Assembly: GCA_964619725.1 (NCBI GenBank) | Contig: CAZUFC010000080.1 | Span: 1-40,120 of the forward strand | Length of the DNA: 40,120 bases | Source of the DNA: an uncultured bacterium | Lineage (GTDB): Bacteria > CSSED10-310 > CAZUFC01 | Direction of reading: 5' to 3' | Position numbers and translations under genes: made by a program | Notes under the pieces: model-generated | What the model saw: the letters and a program-made list of their open reading frames with translations, nothing else | What the model was told of the DNA's origin: nothing | Databases searched by the model: none | In this document: positions 19,476-29,200 of the stretch, one piece after another | Layout of the letters: each line of letters opens with the position of its first letter | Numbering within the stretch: the first letter of the stretch is position 1

Positions 19476-21221
19476 TTAATTTTTATGCAACGACCTCAGC
19501 GGATCGGGGGGTTGTTTCTGGATACCGGTTGCTTCAGACTCACGGAAAATATCCGCTTGCTTGAATTGTAAGATAATCCGCGTCCGACGCTTTCTCTCCG
19601 CAAAGATCAACATAGCCGCTAAAAGCGTACATAAAACGGCCAGTCCCGACGGTTTTGCAGAGGGTATAACCGGTAATGTGGGCGTAGGCGACGGAGCGAT
19701 ATCCGACCAGGCGGCCCAGACGTCGCATGTGGCGCCTGAGCGAAAGTCCGGCCATAAAGCGCAGCGCCTGTATGGAAAGGCTGTGTTGTTGAATCCAACG
19801 CCTGATGAGAGTGCGTTGCTGCTGCCATAGGCCGGGTCAGCGGAACCTCCGGAAACGATTTCGGCCTGCAGCCATGTCGGCGGCATAGTGAAAGCGCATT
19901 CGGAATAGCGGACTCTTGCGCTGTCAGACTGATGCTGATCGATGAAAGCGACGCGATATCCGCCGCCGTTTAAGCGGGAATCTTCAAAAACAGCGGGCAT
20001 GGTGTTGTCGTAATCGGCATCTTGATAAATTTCACCCACATGAACCGGAAATCCGTCAGGCGAAGGGTCCCAGAAGTCGCCGGGACCAACCTGTATACTG
20101 TCTGCATATTGATAGGTATAACAGATTTTGGCGACCGATGTGATTTGTTCTATTCCCGTCCAGACCAGCATCAATGTTTTATTATTCTGAAACGGATTGG
20201 ATGCAATGGCGGCGTCAGATTCTGCACAGGTATGCCAGTCATTCGGCGCCATACGGTAAAGGTCGCTGAACCAACTGTTTCCGCGGTTCACAGAAAGAGC
20301 CGTCAGAACATCGGGATTGCCCGGAGCAGAGCTGAATGCCGCTGACCAGACGCAATACAGACGATTATTAATAACATCTTCAATAAAGTCGGCACGCCAT
20401 ATTTCCACCTGGTCCGTTGCAGGATTTATCGCCGAATATCCGTTCCAGGACGTGCAATTGGTATCGGAGTAATCACACCAGAGTCGACCGTCCGAATAAC
20501 CGTAACTCGCACAGAGGACTCTTTTTAATGAAGGATTGGAAGGACGCCGGACAGATTTCAATCGAGGCGCCACATAATTTTCGTTCGTATCATTCTGCAC
20601 GGAAACAGCCGTAAAATCGTCTCCGGAGCCGATAGCTTTCCAGCAGACGATAATGTCATTAGGGGATGAGATATAGGGCCAGGGAGCAGATACAGCGACT
20701 GTCAGACGGTATGTACCCGGAGTAGTTTGAAAAACAGCGATTGAAGGTCTGAACATAAATAAATTGTATAACGCAAAACCGTTGGCGCCGCCATCTGGAT
20801 TCTCCCAGGTAAATCCGCCGTCTCCCGATCGTTTCACGAAAACGCAATAATGTCCCGGCTGAGGCTGGTTATCGTCGAAATAAGCAAGGTAAACATAGCC
20901 GTCCTCAGCGACAACAACGTCAATTAATCCCTGGCTTGACCCCGGAATACTCTGAACGTTCAACTCCGTCCATATCCCGCGATCTGAAGAGCATTCAAAA
21001 AAATCGCCGGCCGTCCGCAAATTAATTAAAGCATTACCAACGCCTTCTGAATCAGACTGCGATGCTTTTCGTTCCAATCCTTCATGCCCCGGAGCCTCCG
21101 GCAATTGAAAATTACTGATCTCGCCGACCTTGACTCCGCTTCCCAAACCTGCCGCGCCGGCAGGAATAGTTAACGCTATGATCCAAATGCTTAACAGTTT
21201 ATTGAACGCCTTTCTTTTCAT
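19476..21221 (-). CDS. Secreted Asp-box/BNR beta-propeller-like protein with C-terminal Pro/Thr linker, TM helix and basic tail
   Basis: Signal peptide MKRKAF...PAGA; Asp-box-like SGDGGFTW, SDTNCTSW, SVNRGNSW; PSPTPTLPVIPSAKPSGLAVLCTLLAAMLIFAERKRR. AAGGAG RBS before ATG 21221. Confidence 0.75.
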   Translation of the reverse strand: MKRKAFNKLLSIWIIALTIPAGAAGLGSGVKVGEISNFQLPEAPGHEGLERKASQSDSEGVGNALINLRTAGDFFECSSDRGIWTELNVQSIPGSSQGLIDVVVAEDGYVYLAYFDDNQPQPGHYCVFVKRSGDGGFTWENPDGGANGFALYNLFMFRPSIAVFQTTPGTYRLTVAVSAPWPYISSPNDIIVCWKAIGSGDDFTAVSVQNDTNENYVAPRLKSVRRPSNPSLKRVLCASYGYSDGRLWCDYSDTNCTSWNGYSAINPATDQVEIWRADFIEDVINNRLYCVWSAAFSSAPGNPDVLTALSVNRGNSWFSDLYRMAPNDWHTCAESDAAIASNPFQNNKTLMLVWTGIEQITSVAKICYTYQYADSIQVGPGDFWDPSPDGFPVHVGEIYQDADYDNTMPAVFEDSRLNGGGYRVAFIDQHQSDSARVRYSECAFTMPPTWLQAEIVSGGSADPAYGSSNALSSGVGFNNTAFPYRRCALWPDFRSGATCDVWAAWSDIAPSPTPTLPVIPSAKPSGLAVLCTLLAAMLIFAERKRRTRIILQFKQADIFRESEATGIQKQPPDPLRSLHKN

Positions 21222-21337
21222 GAATCTCTCCTTTACCAAACGCCAGATATATGATTCAGAATTTCGAATGCCTTTGTCAAATTTCCTTCAATGGATCACA
21301 GTCGAAACGCATAACATATAGTGATCGAAATTCCGGT

Positions 21338-21505
21338 AATGATCAAAGTACCTCTTCTGAAGTTACAATACGAAAGAGTATTCCTTCATTTTGTTTCTAT
21401 TGTGATTGGGATTGCTATTCCGACCCCGATACCGATTGGGATACCGATTACTTCAACAAACTGTCAAAAGTTTTCAAGGAAGCGTGACTGCGGTTTGATC
21501 AGTCC
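21338..21505 (-). repeat. Dispersed repeat family R1, copy C
   Basis: TGATCAAA (21340-21347) ... CATTTTGTTTC, about 9 hexamers, ATTAC...TCAAAAGTTTTCA...GGTTTGATCAGTCC (ends 21505); same orientation as copy B. Confidence 0.75.
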
Positions 21506-21546
21506 GATGTATTACTTCCATCTGAGCAGGCCTGTCCGTTATAATG

Positions 21547-22881
21547 TCACTGCTCCAGCCTGGATATCACGATACGTTTTTTACCGGAGTTATCCGATAC
21601 AATATGCTGCCGCTTAATTTCCGTGAGGGTTATTTTCATTTCCGGACCGATCATTTTACGTGTATAGCTTTTCAGTCTTTCCCTTTTTTGACGGTTCCAG
21701 CCTTTTCCCGGCACCGCCAATATGCGCAGATTCATCCGGTTTTCCTGTATGAATTGAACGAACTTTATCCCTTCGATAAACTCCGGGACGATAAAAAGCG
21801 ATGTGATGTAGCGGCCGTCAGGGGTTATGATGACGTCTTCCTTTCTGCCGTGTATCGCTTTGATCAGGGGGAGAGTTCTGCCGCACGAGCATTGAACGGG
21901 CTGATTGAACGTTTCGATCTCATCCCCCAGTTCATAGCGAACAAGAGGCATCGCCATGTTATAGAGAGAAGTGCCTACGGCTTTTCCTATGGAAGTATTT
22001 TGTCCTGATAATTCTGATTTATTTTCGATCTGCAGGAGTCCATAGTCCATGTTGACGTGATACCCGCCCTGGGGACATTGACAAATCGCCGCCGTTCGCT
22101 CCATATGGCCGTATGAGTCCATTACCGGACAGTGAAAAACCGATTCTATCATGCGGCGGTAAGGCGCTGACAGGACCTCGCCGGTCGAAAAGGCCGCTTT
22201 GAAGCCTACATCACTCACTCCTGATTCTTTTGTCAGCATTGCGAAAAAGTATAAAGTCGATGCTAATCCCTTCAAGAATTGCGGTTTATACCGACGAACA
22301 GCCCCAATCATTTTTTTCGCCTGCTCCGCAGACAATTGTCCGCTGTTCAGCATTAATCGCCGCAATGTTCTCTGCCACACGAAAGGTTTCTCACTCAAAT
22401 GAGACCTTCTTAAAAAATATTCGCTTCCGAATTCCGCAAAACGGTCGCCAAGCCTGTAGCCGGCCCATCCCCAGTAACGCCAGTAATAACAGAATTCAAG
22501 GATATTGGATTGCTTATCCAGATAAAAAGTGAGCGGTTCCCCTGTGGTGCCGCTTGTCGTATATCTTTTGGGACTGTAACGGCGTGCGTTTTCAGCGGTC
22601 ATTGAATGAAAATTGTTTTTTATGATTCGCTTGTTCAGCAAGGGAACTATTCTCAAATCCTCCGGCGTCACGATTTTTTCCGGCGTTATGCCTTTTTCGA
22701 GAAAAAGATTTCTGTAATAAGGCACGTTTCGATAAGCCTGATCCAGTATCGTCTTCAACCGCATTATCTGATATTCCACAAGCTCATCATGCGGCGCCCA
22801 TTGGTTTTTATCGAGTATTCGCGTGAGTTTAACAATTCCCAGCGGGTAGAAAAAATCTGAAGGAGAGAAGTCAATAGCCAT
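21547..22881 (-). CDS. CapK/PaaK-like adenylate-forming (ANL superfamily) enzyme
   Basis: AYRNVPYY, TTSGTTG P-loop, SYGHME, MPLVRYELGD, CSCGR, GRKED, SGKKRIVIS. Confidence 0.9.
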   Translation of the reverse strand: MAIDFSPSDFFYPLGIVKLTRILDKNQWAPHDELVEYQIMRLKTILDQAYRNVPYYRNLFLEKGITPEKIVTPEDLRIVPLLNKRIIKNNFHSMTAENARRYSPKRYTTSGTTGEPLTFYLDKQSNILEFCYYWRYWGWAGYRLGDRFAEFGSEYFLRRSHLSEKPFVWQRTLRRLMLNSGQLSAEQAKKMIGAVRRYKPQFLKGLASTLYFFAMLTKESGVSDVGFKAAFSTGEVLSAPYRRMIESVFHCPVMDSYGHMERTAAICQCPQGGYHVNMDYGLLQIENKSELSGQNTSIGKAVGTSLYNMAMPLVRYELGDEIETFNQPVQCSCGRTLPLIKAIHGRKEDVIITPDGRYITSLFIVPEFIEGIKFVQFIQENRMNLRILAVPGKGWNRQKRERLKSYTRKMIGPEMKITLTEIKRQHIVSDNSGKKRIVISRLEQ

Positions 22882-22958
22882 AATTCTTCGATTCGAGAAA
22901 CAAAATGGAAGTGATCAAAAGACGTTTACTTTTGATGATCGCATGCGAGTCCGTCATT

Positions 22959-23207
22959 TCAGGTTTCACTTTTGCCGTATCGACTGATTGTTCTTTTGAG
23001 GTCGCCGAAATTTTTAATCTGAAATATGTCCCGCGGTTTAATTTTAATATTGTACCGTGAATGTATTCTGGCGAGAAGCCGGAGCATATCTCTTGAATCA
23101 AGCGGAATATCGTCTCCGAAGGTTGAATTTTCATCAATACTGCTTCGACTGAGATCAACGAATTCAGCCATAATGTGCAACAATTCATCAGCATCGACAT
23201 GCATCAT
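22959..23207 (-). CDS. Discrete acyl carrier protein
   Basis: 82 aa; STFGDDIPLDSRDML (Ppant Ser), ACP helix pattern ...IKNFGDLK; ATGA overlap with the PKS stop. Confidence 0.8.
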   Translation of the reverse strand: MMHVDADELLHIMAEFVDLSRSSIDENSTFGDDIPLDSRDMLRLLARIHSRYNIKIKPRDIFQIKNFGDLKRTISRYGKSET

Positions 23208-26200
23208 ACCGCCTCGTCCGATTTCTCAAAAGTTTCAGTGATTCTGCTGACGGCATAGGCGTACTGCCATTTCTGCAAAGCGACTGATTTGACAGTCCCC
23301 TGATCAGGATGATCAAATTCAAAAATCATATATTCTCCATCCGGTTTCACAGTGAGCAGTTCAATCTCCTTCAATAAGCGTTTTCCCCGGGCAGGCAGTT
23401 TAACAGCGGATTCTTTTGCTGTCCACAACAGCGTCAAAGCGTACTTTTCGGTGAACTCCGCTGCCTGTCGCACTGTTTTTAATTCTTTCGCGTCGCAAAA
23501 ATCGTCGAAATGAGAATCGAGAGATATCGTCATAAGTTCAACGTCGATGCCTACAGGCGAATAGCTTGTTGCCGCAACTGCAACGTCGGCGCTGTGTGAA
23601 ATGGATATGAACGGAGGCCGGGTTTCCTCAAAACAGGAACCTTGCGCAAAAGGCGCACCGTTCGGACCATTCCCTATGGAGATGTCTGAAGGCATGATTT
23701 TCCGAATATTTAACAACTGTCTTATTGCCGTTTTGGCGGCTATTCTTCCGGCTGTCCATTCGGCGCGTCTCTTAGGATGGCGGATCATATCCAGACGTTT
23801 CAGCTCCTCTTCAGAAAGGTAAAATTTTAAAACCTCCCGTTGCCTTCCTCCGTTAACGGCCTCTCCTACAGAAGCAATCCTGACATGGGCAGCATTTATT
23901 TCATCAAGCCCCAATATGCGTCTCATCCGGTCATCTTTTCGATTTGTTCTCAGCTCATCCCAGATTCTTTCATCAGTTTTCTCTTCCGATTTTTGCATAT
24001 CATTCGTTTTAACCAGTCCGTAAATTCTCAGGGACGTTCTGCCCATTTCATCAGCGGCTTCGATGCGGCACGTTTGTTCCGAAACATCCGATTGCCGTAT
24101 GAAAATGCGGCATGTTTGAGCATCTCTTTTATTATTCGGCTGAATAAATTCGATAACATCGACTTTTTTAACGGAGTAACCGGCTGCGCTGAACATACAG
24201 GCGGCATAAATATCGGAAGCGAAAAAAAGGCTTTCAAGACGAATCAGATCACCCAGAGATTTCGTTGCATATTCAGGACGATTCGCTGTCGGATGGACTT
24301 CTGCGGAAAAGCCGTCCGGCGATATGGAAGCGACCGCATCGATATTATTGTAAATACCTTTATACCGGCTCATAAGTTTTGTATTCCATATGTCTGAAAT
24401 ATCGATGCGTTCCGTTGCAATTGAGTTTTCCGGAAGAATGATCCGGGAGACTTCAGACGTAGAATTTTCGCTAAAAACAAGGCTGCATGAAATATGAGTC
24501 ATTTCCCCGGCATTCATGCTGCCCGGCGTATCTCCAGGAGAGTAAAGTCTGGCCTTAAAGGCATCCGGTTCATTTGCATCTTTGATCCGCCGGACTTCCG
24601 CATATAACTTAAGGGAATTGTTTTCCGTCATAACGATATTGCTCTGAACCTCCAGATTAACGATTCGCTTTATGACAACTTTTGAATCAAGCAATGCTTC
24701 AGCCGTCTGAGCCAGCATCTCCAGGCCGTATGAGACAGGCATATGAAATGCCCCATCGGTAAGATGCGCATTCAAGAATTCATTTTCCTCAGGATTAAGG
24801 TCTATCCTTCCCAGAGCCTCTCCGGGACGTTTTCTTTCGATTTCGACTAATGACTTCTTTTCTTTCTGAGGCAGCGGCGTTTCGCCCGATTCAACGGGTT
24901 GGAAAAGGCCTGCAGGTTCTTTTCCCCTCAATGCCGCCGTAGAATTTTTGCCCGCCAGTATCTCACGGTGGAAAAACATGAAGCCGTCCGATTCGGTAAT
25001 GAAGGCGGCTCCTTTCTGATGAAGGCGCTCCATGGTACTGCCCTGCCTGGTCATTCCTTTCTTCAGCCAGGGTCCATAAAGGAGATTGATCCAGATGCCG
25101 GACCTCTTTCTTTCGTTGCGTGCAGCGGCCACGGCAGAGCATGAAATCTCGTGCCCCGCAGCATAAGAACTCAATCCCATGTATCCCCATCTTCCGACTA
25201 TACTGGACAGATTTACGAAGGCTTTTAATTTTACCTCTTTCAATGCAGCGACAAGGTTTAAGGTTCCCAGGCCTTTGGGTTTGAAACCTTCTTCAAATTC
25301 ATCGCCGGTTGTATTCAAGACGCTTTTTTCAAACAGTCCGCCGGCGCCGTGAACCACGACGTCAATTCGTCCGTATTTCGCCGTAATGCGGCCCAGCGTC
25401 TCTTTTACATCCGGCATATCCGTCAAATCGCAGGCGTAATATTCAACTTCGCTCCCGGCTTCCTTCATCCTGTTTATATTATAGTTGCGTTCGGATTCCC
25501 ATACCTTTCGCCAGGCTTGTTTTTCCAGTTCAAAAGGAGTCGAACCGGAACAGGTTTCTTCGTTTACTTTTAACGCCTGTTTGAAAGCCTCTTCATACTC
25601 CAGCGGAGCGCTCGCAGGATACTGCTCCTTAAACCGACTTCTTCCGATTATGACCATCCTGCACTGGTATTTTTGCGCTAATTCAAGACAGAGGCTCGCC
25701 GTAATGCCTCGAGCTCCTCCCGTAACAAGAATGATACTTTCCGCGTTCAATTCGAATTCGTTTACCGTTTCCGGTTCCTGTTCCGCCGCCCAGTGAATTT
25801 CATATCTTTCACCCTTTATCCGGCCTATTTCCGAATGGCCTTCTCGCCGAACTGTTTCCCGGAAAATGAATTCCGCAGTTTCCTGCGCATCATCCATTTC
25901 ATCAAAATCAATGTACAGAGCTTCAAGAATATCGGGATGCTCCGATGCCAGACTCCTTATCAGACCTAATCCGACAGCGGACAAGGGAGCAAACCGGCAT
26001 CTCTTTTCAGCGCCGAAATCGCCGCCCATGGACGTAACGCTCACCCACAGTTTCTGATTTTCATTTTGGCGTTCAGCGACGGCGATGAAGCGTTTCGCTG
26101 TTTCAAGCAAAATGCCCGCCCTGGTTCGCCATTCCTCCCAGGCTGAATCGCTGCCTTCATCAGACATTGAAAACGCTTCGTCCAGACATGACAGGTCAAT

Positions 26201-29200
26201 GATTATATCCGCTGATTGTTTTGTGATCTCTGGTATCTTACCCGCTTCGCAAATTATAGTCGTTGCGCCGGCATTGCTTATCAGATCGGAGAGGTATTTA
26301 TAAACGCCTTTTCCGTCGCTTATGATGATGACGCTTTTTCCTGAAAGGTTCGACCCATTCCCGGATTCTTCACGAGATGCTTTCTTCAGGAAACTGACGA
26401 AACGATATGTGTTCGTGTTGTATTTATCACTCTTTTTCACAGCGCCCTTTTGTTGGTCCTGCTCTTCCGGACGCGTTTCGACTTCACCGCCGGGTGACTC
26501 GTCCGGCACAAGAGAGACTATTTTTCTTATCAGTTCTTCAAGCGTCGTAATTTCATAACGTCCAGCAGGAGAAGCGGACGACATGTCGACGTTGTACATT
26601 TGCTCCAGTTTTCTGACTATTTCCATCTGCTTTATGGAATCGACCGCCAGCTCAGCTTCAACATCCACATTCAGATCGATCAGCTCCGCCGGATAACCCG
26701 TCTTTTCAGAAATCAGGGCAATCACCTGCGTTTCGACATCCTTTTTTGATGCTTTTTTCGATACAGCCTGTCGTTCAGGCTTGAAATCCTGAAAATGCTC
26801 GAAGTCCAACCGGATCATTTCTTTGATATATTCCCGTCGCGACTGAATATATTCTTCAATTTCCTCATCATTCTTACCGGTCAGAGCTGATGCAAAAAGG
26901 TCTTCCCGGACGACGGCCGGAAGCGATTGTTTTCTGGCGACGGCAGACTCAGACCGTTTTAGTTTTCTGTATTCATCGCCCCTTTGTTCCACCAGGGATT
27001 GCGTTTTCTTCTTCAAAGGCTTTGATTTAACAGGAAGTCCTCTTGCCGCGCAGAAAGCCAGAGTATGAAGCAATTGTATGGTGGGAGAGCGGCGGGCCTG
27101 GTTTGAGGGAAAAGTGAAGTGCGGTCTGTCTCCAAGCGTATCGTCGACAAAGGAACAAAGCGCTGCGCCAGGACCTATTTCAACGAACAGCCTGGCGCCG
27201 GCATGATACATTGATTCAATGTTGTTAATGAATTGTACCGGACTGACCAGGTGCATCGCCAGAATTTCCCGTAATGATTCACTGAAGTTTCCATCCGTTG
27301 GATAGGCTTTTCCGAGAGTATTGCTCTGGACCTTTATTTTCGGAGGTTGCACGTCGATTTGATTGAGGAGCCATCGAAAAGGTTCGACGGCTGTAGAAAG
27401 CAGCGATGTATGAAAAGCGCTGGACACATTCAATGGAATGCAGTCAATATTCATATCATCGCATATGGAATGAACTCTTGATACGGCTTCTTCTTCTCCG
27501 GCGATCACGGTCTGTGAGGGGCAATTGATGTTGGCGATTCTGACGTAACCTGTAACTCTGTCCAATATATAACCGGTTTCTTCGGCCGGCGCCCGCACCA
27601 CCGCCATCGTTCCCTTATGGAAGCAGTTTTCGTATATGCGGGAACCTCTGAGGCTGATCAATTTGACAGCGGTCTCCATGTCGAAGACTCCTGCAGAATA
27701 CAAAGCCAGGTATTCACCCAGGCTGTGACCGGCGGTCATATCCGGTTTTATTCCGAAAGAATTCAACACAGCGTTAACTGCAGAGCATATGGCGAAAAGG
27801 GCGGGATGATTGTAATCCGTCCTGACAAGTAATTCCTGGAGCTTTTCTTTTTCGGCGGGAGTCATATCGATGCCGGTTGCGAGTATGCTTTTGATCGAAT
27901 GACCGGTCCACGTCTGAGCCAGAGAATCGACACGGTCAAATATTTCATTTGCTTCCGGAAAAAATTCAGTGAGGTCGCCGCCCATATTTGGATATTGCGC
28001 ACCCTGGCCGGGAAACAGAAAAGCCGTTTTTTCTCCTTCCTGCAGGGTTTTTTCGCTGAAATAAATGCCTTGTGCAAGTGATATGTCTTGACGGGAATCA
28101 TTTTCAAGCAAGGCTGCGGCTGTTTGCGTCAGTTGACGAAAATGCTGTTCGTCCTCTGCGACTATTGCCGTTACAACATTTAGTTTACTCGGATAACCGG
28201 ACGCGCTTTGTGACATTACAGATAGTACCGGCGTATCTATACCTGTGAATGTAAGTTGCGCCGATTTTAATTCGTCAATCATGTCACGGCGCGTTTTTGC
28301 CTTGAAAATCAGTACATGAGCGGGCCATTTCTTTTTCATTTCGGCAGCAGTCGGGAGGAGGTCAGCAACGAAAGCCGGTTTACGGCTGCCGGGCGCTTCT
28401 TCCAGTACCGCGTGAAAATTTATTCCTCCGAATCCGAATGCATTGACTCCTGCACGCCTGGGTCTGCCGGCAGTGTTCCAGGGGAGCGGTTCCCGGTTGA
28501 TGTAAAACTGGCTGTTTTCCCAGTCGATGTCTTTGCGGGGCTTCTCGCAATTGATGGTCGGCGGGAGTATCCTGTGGTGCAACGCCAGCACGGTTTTAAT
28601 GAATCCTGCTATTCCTGCGGCAGTTTTCAAATGACCGATCATTGATTTTACGGAACCCAGGGCGACTGATCCTTTATTTTTCGTATAAGGAGAAAAAGCC
28701 CGGGTCAGCGAACGCATTTCAGTGACGTCGCCCAGCGGCGTGGCCGTGCCGTGTGCTTCAACGAGTGAGATGTCGGCGGGAGTGACAGGTATATTTTTGT
28801 AGGCGCTTTCTATGGCGCGCGCCTGACCCTTGAAATCAGGAGCTGTGACGCCCCGCATCCTGCCGTCGTTGGAACCGCCGATATCGCGTATCAGCGCATA
28901 TATCTTGTCGCCGTCTTTCACAGCATCCTTCCATCGCCTTAAAATCACCACTCCTGCGCCTTCCCCCACTACAAATCCGTCGGCTCGCTGATCGAAAGGG
29001 AAAGAACCGGTATCGGACAAGGCATCGATATTCGACAATAAGATGAAGGTTGTGGGAGTGACGGCGGCATCGGCTGCGCCGGCAAGAACCATGTCGTAAC
29101 GGCCGTTTCTCAGGCCGTCCAGTGCGGTTTGTAAGGCCGCCATGGCTGAAGCGCATGCCCCGTCTATAGTATACGATGCGCCTCGCAAATCAAAACATCG

